Assembly (NCBI RefSeq): GCF_001194135.2
Contig: NC_068995.1
Coordinates: forward strand, 55,438,051-55,501,944
Length of the DNA stretch: 63,894 nucleotides
Origin: Octopus bimaculoides
Lineage: Eukaryota
Reading direction: 5' to 3'
Positions 26,751 to 40,260 of this stretch are shown here, in pieces. Below the pieces are notes generated by a model. The model was not told where the DNA came from and did no database searches. It saw only the letters and a program-made list of their open reading frames with translations. How positions within the stretch are numbered: the first letter of the stretch is position 1; each line of letters opens with the position of its first letter. Made by a program: the position numbers and the translations under genes.

Positions 26751-27713
26751 TGGATGATAAGCAAATAATGATACAATATATGCAATTTAAATTGTTTTTT
26801 AAATTTTACTTTCATTGCAATTTGCAATGGATTCCCGAAAGGAAAGGCATACGGCCACCCGGGTAGAACCTTTACTTTTCATCCTGAATGAGCTTACCTT
26901 GTGCCAATCGCACCCAGTTTACTTACCATAGGCTTCCATCTTTTCACAAATATATCACGTGACAGACAGCTTACGAAACGCACATTGTAATAAATGTAAA
27001 GTCCATAATATACTTCGGATTTACGCAAGGAACAGATTCCGAGGGTGGCGAATAATAAATGAATGAATAACAAAAGCTGGATAACGTGTCAGTTCACTAC
27101 AGTTGTTTCGAACGAATTTTTAATTTATTAATGGAGACATTAGATCATGAGAAAAAGCTGTTTTCATCAGGTGGATACATGAATCATAACATTGAAAAAC
27201 ATTCAAAAGCCACAAGCTTGTGCCACTTTATGATCCTACGACCATTGTTGATCATAGAAGGAATTTGTTAGTTCAGGTGGGTAAAATTGAAGGAGAAAAT
27301 ACATCGATGTCAGGCGTGAGCAGGGGGTTAACGAAGTTTTATAGCAATGGAAGAGGTTAGAGGATGCGGTAGGTATCTTTTTTTTATTATTATCCATTTA
27401 CTTTCATATACTTTTTTATTGTATACTTCTTTACTTATCTAATTATTGGTATGATGGCTACTCTAATTTTACGGCCTTTAAGGGGGCTGTTAAATAGATA
27501 TATAAATAAATGGATGGCCTAAACTTTTGTACTTAGCTCATAAATCTCTTACTGAATAGAAATAAAAGATAAAAGAAAGGAACTCTATTTTAATTGTAGG
27601 GACGAGATGCTTCACTATCTGATCCTCCTCTACCCATCCTCTAACCTGTAGTGGACTGACACATTATCCATCTGTTGATATATATATAAATGTGTGTGTG
27701 TGTGTATGTGTGA

Positions 27714-27767
<54 letters not shown>

Positions 27768-28261
27768 NNNNNNNNNNNNNNNNNNNNNNNNNNNNNNNNN
27801 NNNNNNNNNNNNNNNNNNNNNNNNNNNNNNNNNNNNNNNNNNNNNNNNNNNNNNNNNNNNNNNNNNNNNNNNNNNNNNNNNNNNNNNNNNNNNNNNNNNN
27901 NNNNNNNNNNNNNNNNNNNNNNNNNNNNNNNNNNNNNNNNNNNNNNNNNNNNNNNNNNNNNNNNNNNNNNNNNNNNNNNNNNNNNNNNNNNNNNNNNNNN
28001 NNNNNNNNNNNNNNNNNNNNNNNNNNNNNNNNNNNNNNNNNNNNNNNNNNNNNNNNNNNNNNNNNNNNNNNNNNNNNNNNNNNNNNNNNNNNNNNNNNNN
28101 NNNNNNNNNNNNNNNNNNNNNNNNNNNNNNNNNNNNNNNNNNNNNNNNNNNNNNNNNNNNNNNNNNNNNNNNNNNNNNNNNNNNNNNNNNNNNNNNNNNN
28201 NNNNNNNNNNNNNNNNNNNNNNNNNNNNNNNNNNATATATATACATATACATATATATATA

Positions 28262-28545
28262 TGGTGGTTGTCTACTCCTTAAACAGAGTTTGACCACCTC
28301 CTGCACCTACACCTTAGCCCTTTCATGGCGTCTGATGTGGCTTTTTAAACCAGACAGTGTTTTGAAAAAACACCCACACAGATTGCACCTCTGATTTGCA
28401 CTACCAATACCTGCAAGTAAGTTCTGCTCATTGTGGATCCTAACATGTCTTTTAAGACCCCCATTGGATTTGCAAACCCTCTGGCACACACCACATTCAA
28501 ACGTGTGCACAGACATATAATCAGAATAGCTGGGTGAGGTTTGTT
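28262..28545 (-). mobile_element. 5'-truncated LINE-like (RTE-like) 3' end encoding two C2H2 zinc fingers
   Basis: ORF 28516-28307: CGVCQRVCKSNGGLKRHVRIH and CNLCGCFFKTLSGLKSHIRRH, both exact C-x2-C-x12-H-x3-H; non-TGEKP linker; short 3' UTR running into (TA)n; no convincing splice acceptor. The RTE assignment rests on recall that RTE ORFs can end in such fingers; a host ZNF exon is the alternative. Confidence 0.6.
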
Positions 28546-29267
28546 TTCCTTATATATATATATGTATGCATATGCTTAGTGTTAATTGTTGGAAAAAATA
28601 AAAGAAAATATGAGGGTAATGATTAGAAATATGTTTAGTGGGATTCGAATCCGTCTTGTCTTGCTAATCTGAGTTTTGAGGATTCAGGATCTTCAGGCAG
28701 AAACTGAGTAGAAATTTCAGAGTAACAAGTGAGAGACTCGACAAAAATAAAATATATTATATGTAATATGCAAATATATGTTACAATTCGTTTTTTAAGT
28801 CTGTAAATATTTTAATATTTATTAAAGTTCCATTAACAAATAAAGATGGCGTTGCGTTCTAAGTCCTATGACATCGTCGAATTTTCAACAAGGACCAATG
28901 AACAATCTACCATCTACCATCTACTTTGGCAACCTGTATTACTAACGAATGGTTGAAACAATATATAAATAGATACATAAACAGATACAACTTCATATCA
29001 TATAAGGCGTCAGTTATACTGAAATGGGTAGCAGTGTGAAATAATTGTTTTGTTGATTTTTATCACATTTTAACCTACGATACATAAAATTCGTTTGATG
29101 TTTAATTGAAATTACAGTTAATACAAATAACAATTTTGTTCAAAGCTACGGACACCTCTTGTGTATGTAAGTGTGTGTGTATGTGTATGTGTGTGAGTAA
29201 GTTAGTGTGTGTGTGTGCGCGTGCGTGTGTCTGTGTGTGTGTAATGAACTTATAGATAGATAGATAA

Positions 29268-29298
<31 letters not shown>

Positions 29299-29430
29299 GA
29301 TAGATAGATAGATAGAACTTAATTCATTGTACTGCAGCTAGGCTCAGGCACCAACCCGATAAGTTTAGATGAAAAATTCGACCCCGGTCCTTTTTTTCTT
29401 TCTTTCATTCTTTTTTCTTTCTTTCTTTAA

Positions 29431-29566
29431 TTCTATAGGTGACTTATGCCGAACCGCAATATTACAGGGGCATAAATCAAATCATTACCGGTTGTCAAGC
29501 AGTCGGGAGACAACAAGCACGAGTCCAAATAAACATAGATAGACACACAANNNNNNNNNNNNNNNN

Positions 29567-29618
<52 letters not shown>

Positions 29619-29745
29619 TTTACAAGACGGACTTCCCCTAAATTTCCGTTTACTGAATTCATTCACGAGGCTTTTGTCGGGGCCAAGCCGACAGTAGAAA
29701 ATACTCGCCCAAATTACCACACATCAGTAATCAATTGAAATCTAT
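29431..29745 (-). mobile_element. Family B SINE with expanded internal (CA)n
   Basis: GCCGAACCGC..CCGGTTGTCAAGC (3' module) and GACGGACTTCCCCTAAATTTCCGT..TCACGAGGCTTTTGTCGG (5' module) flank a (CA)n array containing a gap. Confidence 0.75.
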
Positions 29746-29785
29746 CTGGCTCCAGAAAACTGGAACCACAGGATTTAATATGTAT

Positions 29786-29876
29786 TCTTTTAGTCTTTTC
29801 TTTCACTTCTTTCAATCATTTGACTGCGGAGATGCTGGAGCACCGCCTTTAGTCGAAAAAATCGATCCCAGGACTG
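29786..29876 (-). mobile_element. Family B SINE, 3' tail
   Basis: TCATTTGACTGCGGAGATGCTGGAGCACCGCCTTTAGTCGA..ATCGATCCCAGGACT is the reverse complement of about 61715-61790. Confidence 0.85.
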
Positions 29877-32257
29877 TTCCCGTTCGTTGGGAAATGTGAA
29901 ACTTTGAGTAACAGTTTTTGTAATATTTTTGCTGGTTTTTAATAAAGTATATTACTCTACCTCTCGTATTCGAGTACTAATTTTTCCACCTTGATTCGCA
30001 TTTATGTGCTTATTCCTGTATATACACACACACATACACACACAGACATAAACATTTATATCTAATAACATTTGATTAAAAATGACTCGTGTCATTGCCA
30101 AAATTCTATCTTTAAATAGCGTTATAAAGACCTTAAATAGCCAAATAAATACTTAAGATTATTTGTTTCATACAAACATAAGCGTATGACTTGGCATCGG
30201 TGGACAGATAGATTAAAGATACGCAGCAGATCGTTTTCGTGAAGGCAAACAGAGAGCACACAGAGAGAAGCGCTTTTTCAACACACGCCAGTTATTACAG
30301 TTTGAAGTAGAATCTCGGAGATTCTAAAACGTGAAATTCTTCTGCACAATGTGTAATTCCTTACATTAAAACCTACTCAACTCCCAGAATCTAACCATAA
30401 AACATGTATTTTATTTTCATTTTAATTGCTAATTTTTCATTTTAAATTTAAATATTAATTTTAGAAATTATTTTAAATGTTGGTTTAAAACTTACTTTAA
30501 ATTTCAAATTTATTTTCAAGCTAAAATATACTGCTTTAATATTAGAATCTGAAGTTTGAGTATATATGCGTGTGTGTATGTTAGTGTGTGTATGTTTGCT
30601 TGTGTTTGTGTGTATGTGTGTATGTGTTTGTGTGTGAATGTATCTCTATGTGTGACTACGTGTGTGTGAGTGTTTGCGCACATTTGTTTACATTTATGCG
30701 ACAGAGGATGGATGCGAGTTTTAATGTAAATGGATGGCGGCTTTTGTGTATGTATGTGTGAAAGTTTAAAACGTGATGAACCGTCGTTTGTGTGAAGTCC
30801 ATGCGGGGAAAATATCTGCAATTCCTACTAGTCTCATGTTAAAGCCTTTCTGCCAGAAAAACCATAAACACAGTTAGCATCAGATAGGACTTTTCAGGAG
30901 CTCGTTAGACGGTTACTTGCAGACTAAATCTGACAAGAAATTTGAGGAGAAGCTCTACATGTAGCAGATTGAATTGATACAGTATATGGCACTGAAGAAA
31001 TGAATGAAGTCATCAAAAGGATTGGAACGCAGAAGTCAGAAGGATGAAAATTAAAGATAGAGCAGCGTATTGCTGTGTAGCAGTGGAAATTCAATTTAGA
31101 AACAAAAACATATTGATTAGATTTTTCAAATATATGTGATTATTTTCATATCATTACCAATTCATAGAATTAGAAAACAAACCAAATTTAATATTCCAAT
31201 GTAGAAATTTTATTTCCTTCTTTATTTTGGTTTTGCACTTAGAAACTAACCATTAAACATCAATTCTGTTGCTTCTATTTACAAATATATAATTAAAACT
31301 TAATTGTAAATTCTGCCTCCGTTTATGCGTGTCTATTTAAACGGATGCCATTAAGTTATGTTAACTGATTTCGTGTTGGGCCTACCATAAATATCATTTT
31401 ATAACTCATGGAAAAAACTTGTCTACAAGAAGATTTCTTTTATGAAATCACGTATCACTTGGAATTCATTCACGAATTACTTAAATGTTTGTCCGTTAAA
31501 AAAAAAACAGCACAGTAACAAATAACACACACACAAACATATACACATCTACACGCTCACAGAGATACTCAAGCTTAAACACATTGAGACTTATGTATTT
31601 TTTACGTGTGTGTGAATTTTATGCAAATGAGAACACACAAAATTATATACTATATAAATAATATACTTATGTATATCTACGTGTATTTTATATATAAATA
31701 TATATATGTATATATATTTGAACCTATGTTTGTATGCATATATGTGTATGAGACTGTGTGTCTGTGTGTATGTATTCTTTTCCAGTTCTTCCTATGGTAA
31801 TCATTTTATTGATTTCTATTTATTGAATGACTTAGATCGCCTATTGAGTTACAGCTCGTTAGATGGTTACTTGCAGACTAAATATGACAAGACATTTACT
31901 CCTAGCTACGCCTGTATGGCATTCACACGCACACGTACTCACTCACACATATACGCACACATATAAGGGAACGTGGGTTGGGCATATAAATGTTGTGTGT
32001 GTGTGTGTGTGTGTGTGGGTGTGTACGTGTGAGTTTCTGTTTTACAATATCGATTACTCATGGCTTGTATAAAGCTTGTGATTATGAATAGTTGGTGTGC
32101 TCATTTCTTCCTGTCAAATAGTAACATCATATGGAACTGGAAACGGAATTGCGTCAACGGAGATATGATATCGTTCGCTTATTCATCTCTTTGGCAACAA
32201 TGATTTCCTCTTACTGGACAAATATCCTGCATGAACCTAAGTATAGATTAGTTTCAT

Positions 32258-32455
32258 TTATCTTTTACCTGATTCGGTCATTGAACTGCTCTCATCACGT
32301 GGCACTGCATTCAAGAGAGTTGGTCGAACAAATCGACCACATCACTTATATTTTTAAGTCTGGTACTTTTTCCATCGGTTTCTTTTGCCAAACCGTTATT
32401 GTTACAGGGATGTAAACAAACCAACACCGGTTGTGACGCAGTTGGAGTGGGGCTT
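32258..32455 (-). mobile_element. Family B SINE, 3' half (diverged)
   Basis: GTCGAACAAATCGACC..CTTTTGCCAAACCG..GTAAACAAACCAACACCGGTTGT. Confidence 0.75.
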
Positions 32456-35400
32456 ACACCAACAACGCTACAAACCGCTCTTCTATTTTACTCATTGGGT
32501 TGAAAAAATTTTGTGCGGCGTATATTTCTGTCGCTTTTTCTCTCTCTTTTACTCCTCTTGCAATCCTTCCCTATCTCACCAACTTACCCCTCCCTCGGTA
32601 ATTTTCTGTCTCTCTGCCCTCAACCAATCTTTCCCTCTCCTATCACGTGACCTGCGACTATTCCCATATCTCTCTTCCATTTCCTTTCTCACCTGACCAC
32701 TGTGTAGTTCTGTCACGTTTGTTTCGCTTACTTATATACTTTCAACATTGTCTACTGTTTTTTTTGTTTTTTTTTCACCGTTCGTTTTTCTCACCTTTCG
32801 TTCTGTTTTTCAATTTTTACGATTTATCATCTCCAGTCCTATTGGATATTTTCCTTTCTTTTGCGTCACCCATACACTCGTCTCGTTGCACAGCCTTATT
32901 TAGTTTGTATATTGTATATTTATTTTATTTTATTTGTGTCGCGTTTGTTTTCGTCACTGTCTCCAACGTTAGCTCGCTATTTACCGGCGGCTTCTCGCTT
33001 TTCAGGTCACCAAAAATGAACAATGCAATCGTTAAAAGCGTGAAATTGTAAGGATCTTTTGGACAAGGAATAAGCAGCCTCCCGTCTTCTCTGTGAATTT
33101 TCCGTTTATTCTTTTGGTGTGTTTCTGTTTAAATTTGGGAACTTATTGAATTTCGCTTGCATGTCATTGGTCAACCCGAAGATATCTGTTCAAAGATTTG
33201 CACATTTGGATCGAACCCTCAGTCACATGACTATGAATTACATTTTTTTTTAATCATGCGGACAAATACCTAACGTCAGAAGTGTTCGTGCGCGAACTAA
33301 ATGGTTTACTCTATGTAGTTCTCATCGATCTTCCACCTTTTTTGAAAGACAATTGATATCAATATTTCATTCATTTTTTCCCCTCACATAATTACAAAAT
33401 GAGGACTAATGCCTATTAAGACACGTCTAATACATCAAATATTTTCTTCTTTTTTATGGTACAATGGTGACTTTTGGGGTCGAAATTACTCGACGAAATT
33501 GATTAAAATCAGCTAAATCCAATAATTAATTATATTGACTATATCCATCCTCAAGGAAAATTTGCCTTGATCGAACAGTAAAGACGAACTATAATAGCCG
33601 TAGATTAAAGGGAGGGTTATATTTGTAATTTAATAAGTTCAAAAATTTCGATCAGATGTGTTTTACTCGTTCAATTAGTAAACAAATTCTACCTGTACAG
33701 CTGTTTAAAATTGTAAAGTATCATGCGAAGTAAATAACTCTAATAACATCTAGCAAACTGGTCTGACCGACGTATAATTTTATACACAAAACATAAAGTG
33801 TAAATTCGATTCCATCGGAATTTAGATTATGTAAAGGAAGTAAATCTTGTGAGGTATTTTGTTCTACCAATCCAGCTCGTCTGCCTCCCTTTTATGATTC
33901 ATTAATGGCCAACGTTTAGAAGGAGACAAATTACTTGTAGAGAAGTGGTTTATGCCATTGCTCTGCCTGCGCAATGACTATCTTGTGGTTATCATATCGA
34001 TACAAGAGAAACTTCTCATGGATGGCGATTATGCAGAAGCACGAAGTGCTGATGGTATCTTAATAGATTATGACTGGCAGAACAACAGAAGCTTGCCATG
34101 GCTAGACATTATAAACCGACGACGTGATGAGGGATACATTGGATTATGTAGTCCTAGGTACACAATGCCTTTGATCATATCCCCTAGAACAGGAGTGGTT
34201 GCTCTGGAAATAAGCAACAACAACAATTAAAATAAAGCAAAAGAAATTAGAAGTGTGTATGTGATCACTCGACCAGTTAGAAATGGCAGCTTGATCTAAC
34301 TCAGACCAAACACTGATTTGCTTATAAATGAATAATGATACTTTCGATAATATAGTTCTATATAAAATTTATGAATGGAGGGAAATGACAAGAGGCTTAG
34401 GATGGAGAGCATCTTCGATTATAGGATACCTTGATCAATAATGGTCGGGCTAAGCCACAGAAATTGTTGCAGTGAAAGAGCATATATGTAATCACTCTAC
34501 CTGCCAGAAATAGCAGCTAAATATATCTCAAGTCACACTCTTTTTGTTTGGGTGTTTTTATGAATAATCGAATGACGCATTCGATTATATAGTTTTAAAG
34601 CCAACTATGTGTGGAAAAAAAATACATCACTGGGCATAACATTCTTTGATCAGGGCAGATATATAGCTAAATAATAACAATAACAAGAAAAAAACCAAAA
34701 CAAAGAAGGTCAAAAGTAAATACTACACGGCAATTAGTCGTTCACTCGTCTGTTTCATCTATTCTATGCTTCATGTATGTTTGAAAAAAAACCTTGCAGT
34801 AGACTTTACTTTCCACAAATTATATTCGACAATTTATATTAGACTATTATTACATTAGACTGATTATATTAGACAATTTATGTCATACTGGGAATTAAGA
34901 TGGCAGAGTTCCAAATATTTGTTGGACAGTATCAAACTACAAAACATCATACTAGTACGTTCAAACAGTGAACCAACAAATAAATATTCAATTATATTGT
35001 ATCAAGTAGGGAACCGCTAGGTGATTGTTCCATCTGCAAGAAATAGCAGTCAAACCTTCAGATCTTCAAACCAGAGTGTTGCCTGTTTTGTCTTATGTCG
35101 AACCACGAGCCCTTGATGAAGTCAAAGTTATATGATGTGACTTATAGACTTAGGTGAGTCCATCTGTCTCCAGTTTACATTAGCCGATTTCTTCGAGAAA
35201 GAGGGAGAGCAAGAGAGGGAGAGTGGGGAGAGAGAAATAAACAGAAAAAAAGCAAAGTACTAGAAAGTTTGACCTTAGTGGGATTCTAACAGTCCTGATA
35301 ATTGACTTCCTTGAAATCACTCCCTATCACCTTATAAAAAAAATGAGACTTAGGAAAATGTTGTCATAGAAATATGGTGTCTAATCAAAATGCCTGGAAA

Positions 35401-36239
35401 AGAGTTAAACACGAAGACTCTTTTAGTTAGAACTAACAACAGGACTGGCCTGGAACTCGACAACAGCAGCGGTTTTTTGTTTTCTTCTATATTGTTTCCT
35501 ATCTGATATTACTACGCAAAAATTTTGCAGAAGTAGTCACCGTAAAAGTATAACAGCTAAATGGCAAGAGGCTAATTAAATCGATTGGAATCGACTATTT
35601 TACTATTTCATTTAACAAAGACACCATCAACACAAAGATCTATCTATCTATCTATATANNNNNNNNNNNNNNNNNNNNNNNNNNNNNNNNNNNNNNNNNN
35701 NNNNNNNNNNNNNNNNNNNNNNNNNNNNNNNNNNNNNNNNNNNNNNNNNNNNNNNNNNNNNNNNNNNNNNNNNNNNNNNNNNNNNNNNNNNNNNNNNNNN
35801 NNNNNNNNNNNNNNNNNNNNNNNNNNNNNNNNNNNNNNNNNNNNNNNNNNNNNNNNNNNNNNNNNNNNNNNNNNNNNNNNNNNNNNNNNNNNNNNNNNNN
35901 NNNNNNNNNNNNNNNNNNNNNNNNNNNNNNNNNNNNNNNNNNNNNNNNNNNNNNNNNNNNNNNNNNNNNNNNNNNNNNNNNNNNNNNNNNNNNNNNNNNN
36001 NNNNNNNNNNNNNNNNNNNNNNNNNNNNNNNNNNNNNNNNNNNNNNNNNNNNNNNNNNNNNNNNNNNNNNNNNNNNNNNNNNNNNNNNNNNNNNNNNNNN
36101 NNNNNNNNNNNNNNNNNNNNNNNNNNNNNNNNNNNNNNNNNNNNNNNNNNNNNNNNNNNNNNNNNNNNNNNNNNNNNNNNNNNNNNNNNNNNNNNNNNNN
36201 NNNNNNNNNNNNNNNNNNNNNNNNNNNNNNNNNNNNNNN

Positions 36240-36435
36240 ATGATGATGATGATGACGACGATGATGATGATGATGATGATGATGATGGTGTTCATAATAA
36301 TGGAGGTAGTAGTGGTGATCATGATGGTGTTGACGATGCAGTTAATGATGGTGGTGATCATAATGATTATGATGTTGAGGAAGAGGGGAGAGGAGGAGGA
36401 GGAACGGGGAGAGAGGTCATGCTGATGCTGATGTC

Positions 36436-36476
<41 letters not shown>

Positions 36477-36520
36477 GGAGGAGGAGGAGGAGGAGGAGGA
36501 CTATGATAATGATGCTGTCA
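36240..36520. repeat. (GAT)/(GGT)/(GAG) trinucleotide low-complexity tract
   Basis: Directly visible. Confidence 0.9.
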
Positions 36521-36675
36521 ACGATGGCGATTGATGAAACAAGGGTTTGTGTGACTCTCTAAGATCAAATAATAAAGATGAGAGGATGATGAGAAAGAGA
36601 AAGTGAAAGTAGAAAAATAATAACTACATAACAACGGCAAAGGAAGCGAAAATCATATTAAAGCCGGCGGTAGAA

Positions 36676-36925
36676 ATGAAAGATAAACAGAGAGACAGAC
36701 AGATAGGCAGACTGAGAGACAGTCAGAGAGACAGAGACAGACAGACAGAGAAAGAGAGCGACAGACAGAAGAAAAGAGAAAGAGAGAGAAAAAGAAAGAG
36801 AGAGACAGAGAGACAGAAAAAGAGAGGGAGAGACAGACAGATCGACAGAGATACTCAGAAAGACAGACAGAAACAGAAAAGATAGAGTGAGAACGAGAGA
36901 GCGAGAGACAGACAGACAGACAGAC

Positions 36926-37008
<83 letters not shown>

Positions 37009-37014
37009 TAGATG

Positions 37015-37087
<73 letters not shown>
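36676..37087. repeat. (GACA)/(GA)/(GATA)n purine-rich array
   Basis: Directly visible. Confidence 0.95.
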
Positions 37088-38227
37088 GGAGTAATAATTG
37101 GCTAAAAAATTCGATGAAAAAAAAGATATGACACTTGTATCAAGAAGCCAAAAGAGAGAGGTGGTAGGAAAGAGAGAGATGGAAACTGGAAGAAAGATTG
37201 GAGGGAAAGAGAGGAGAGATATTCAATGAAATAGTGTTTAAATATTTGAAGATATTGTATTGTGAACGATACTTTTCGATCTTACTTGAGGTGAAGGTTG
37301 TATAATCGAATTGTGTGTCTTCTGTGTGCGTCGCGTGTATGATTGTGCTTGTATTCGTGTCCTTTTGTGTGTATGTGTGATGCCTGTGTATATATATATA
37401 TGTATGCGTGTTTTTGTGCGTATGCATGTACGTCGATATGTATGTATGTATGTGTCTATCTGTGGGCCTATGTCTATGTGGTGAGTGTGTACATCAAAAC
37501 CTAACTTCAAGGAAATACTTACCGGAAGATATAAAATTTTATTAGTGTTTCAGTTATTACAAGCTCTGCTTGTGTCTGAAGTTTAACTTTGATGTTATTT
37601 CTATAGAGGCACACCGTTTAATCAGGACAACCTTAGCTGTCATCGATTATAAATTGATTGCCGGGGATTACTTTCAATAAATGGAGGGTTTAAGAATATT
37701 TTTCTACGATGTTGTGTACAATGTGCCAATTTCCTCACGGCCTCTCTTCGGGATGGGAAATCGTAGAAGCTTCTAGAAACACCTGAACTTTAGTTGGAGT
37801 TAGAAATGACAGAACATTGGTTTTGCATTCGATAGCCAATTTGTGCTTGATGGTTACGATATCAAATAAGTATGACATCAGACAAAGAATTTCAAATATA
37901 CATCAAATATTTCAATTGTTATTGTTAAAATAACCTATCAGCAATATTTATTGATTAGACTATCGATCATCAGACAAGAAGCATTTGCAATTTTACTACT
38001 ATGACCGTGACAATTGATTTAAGTATTATCGACATCTTAAGTTAGTCATTGATACATTTCATACTTGAAGACATTGATTTCCAAACTATTATTCTGTCTA
38101 ATAGAATTATATACCTTCGTATGTTTGAGTCGTAAAGAATAAGAAACTGATTAACTTGTATTCTCTGGGAAGAAAAAGTAATTAAGATATATAGATTTCA
38201 AAGTATAATTATGCAATTTTGTTCCAG

Positions 38228-38238
38228 AAAGATTCCTG
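38228..38238 (+). other. Candidate 11-nt micro-exon
   Basis: TGCAATTTTGTTCCAG|AAAGATTCCTG|GTGAGT; strong sites on both sides. Confidence 0.25.
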
Positions 38239-38334
38239 GTGAGTATTAGAATAGCTAATATTATCTCTTTTCCTTTGAAAATCAATCTTTTTTTCAGATC
38301 TCTTAAATTAGAATTAATAATATTCCTATTATAT

Positions 38335-38435
38335 TCTTCTTTTGGTTTCGTTATTCGACTCTGGTCATACGGGGACACGGCTTTCAAGCGTATAGTCAAT
38401 GATTTCCACTCCAGTAGGCAACAGGTATTCATTTG
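38335..38435 (-). mobile_element. Very old family B SINE tail
   Basis: TTCGTTATTCGACTCTGGTCATACGGGGACACGGCTTTCAAG aligns loosely with TTTCAGTCATTTGACTGCGGCCATGCTGGAGCACCGCCTTT. Confidence 0.45.
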
Positions 38436-38632
38436 ATGGACTTTAGAAAGACAAAAAATACATGGAACTGAGAGAAGATTGAATTCACAACATAAAGTGT
38501 GATCTAAACATGTCATAAGACACTTCGACCGATGATCTATCGACTCTCTGATCTGTAATTTGTCACATGACTGTGATTTCCTCTGATGTATTTCTGCCCA
38601 AGTTTTTTTTTTTTTTTTAAGAAGGTATTCAG

Positions 38633-38717
38633 TGGAAGAATGTTGTTTCATTTTTTTGAAAGAATGTTTGAAAGAATGTTGTTTCATTTTCTTGGAAGAA
38701 TGTTGTTTCATTTTCTT
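38633..38717. repeat. 24-bp minisatellite, about 3 copies
   Basis: Unit GGAAGAATGTTGTTTCATTTTCTT with one partial unit interposed. Confidence 0.9.
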
Positions 38718-38864
38718 ACCTGATTGCTGTTTATATATCTCAGTTCATGCGTTTCATATAATACGTAGTAAATATTTGACGAATCATTTCATAAGCAATG
38801 AAAATGTCACGCAACACGGAGCTTTTTGTGTCGTATATTTTGCAGAATGTTTGATCTTCCTATT

Positions 38865-39075
38865 ACTTTTTATATGCTTCAATCACTGGACGACGACCAT
38901 GCTAGGACACCTCCTTGAAGAGCTAAGTCAAATAAATCAACCCTAATATTTCTTTTTTATGTCTGGCACTTATTCAATCACTTCTATTGCTGAACCATTG
39001 CGATATGGGGACATAATGAAACAAGCACCGGTTGTCAAACGATGTGGAGACAATCACAAACACTTAGACTCACAT
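38865..39075 (-). mobile_element. Family B SINE, 3' half (diverged)
   Basis: CCATGCTAGGACACCTCCTTGAAG..GCTGAACCATTGCGATATGGGGACAT..CCGGTTGTCAAACGATG, followed by the (TG) linker array. Confidence 0.75.
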
Positions 39076-39809
39076 GTGTGTGTATGTGTGTGTGTATGTG
39101 TGTTTGTCTGTATGTGTGTATGTGTGTATGTGTGTGTATACATTTACGCGATGTGCTTCAACAGAATTTCCTTCATACCAAATTCCCACAACTTATTAAC
39201 ACTTTTATAAAACCTACCTAATTACTTATCCTTGTAACCAACGTACGTCAAGATTTAAAGCTTTTGCTAGGACCCGGTTTCTTGAGATATTAGTTTAGAT
39301 TATCTTACTCTGCGTTCTTTATAGCCGGCACTTGTACAAATCAGCCTTCGATTACGACTGTATTGCTTTTGTGGTGTAATATATAGCTTTTCGGTTGCAT
39401 CATATTTCATTGAATCCTAATATTTCACTGACATTTGTGTTTGGATGGATCTTGATGATGTAATATCTTCCAATGTGTTTGATGCTACAGATATGTTACA
39501 TCACATCGCAGCATCAATTTTGTTCCTATCACTATGCATGCGCCTCATAGCTAAAATATTTATTCATGTATAACAAATTTATGAAAAGGTTACGACCTTA
39601 TTTATGCCGGATTATGTACTCATGCGTAAGCTTCTGCGCATATGAAAAGCATTTCTTCCCTGCGTTCAAGTATGTCGTTGCAATAGTTATTGGGTTGCCA
39701 CGGATCCTATACTTCTTACTGTGTAACATTCCAATTTTCAGTTAAAGGTAATTTATTTCACTCATAGCAAAAGTATAAACATCCCAGTATTCTCACATCC
39801 TTTCTTCCA

Positions 39810-39925
<116 letters not shown>

Positions 39926-40075
39926 CTTGGTGCTTTCAGAGAAAACATAAATATCACTGATGTTGTACGTTACGAAATCTTGTAAATTGATAGATCATTT
40001 AGTAATTATTGCATTATTGATTGTAATTTTAGAGGCTACGATACAGCAATTCTCACAATACAGATATTCCACATA

Positions 40076-40260
40076 TATTCCACTGAGGTCGACTTTGCAT
40101 TTCATCCTTTCGATGTTGGTGTGTTTACGTCCCCTTAGTCTAGCGGCTCGGCAAAAGAGTCCGATAGAATAAGTTCTTGGGTCGACTTCCTCGACTAAAA
40201 GCGGTGCTCCAACATGACCGCAGTCAAATGACTGAAACAAATAAAAAAATAAAAGAAAAG
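40076..40260 (+). mobile_element. Chimeric SINE: family A central segment fused to family B 3' half
   Basis: ATTCCACTGAGGTCGACTTTGCATTTCATCCTTTCG (A) joined directly to ATGTTGGTGTGTTTACGTCCCC..GACTGAAACAAATAAAA (B). Confidence 0.85.

Noticed and set aside
33952-34230. 92-aa ORF (..LMDGDYAEARSADG..)
   Set aside because: No domain recognised and weak splice signals; length within chance expectation.
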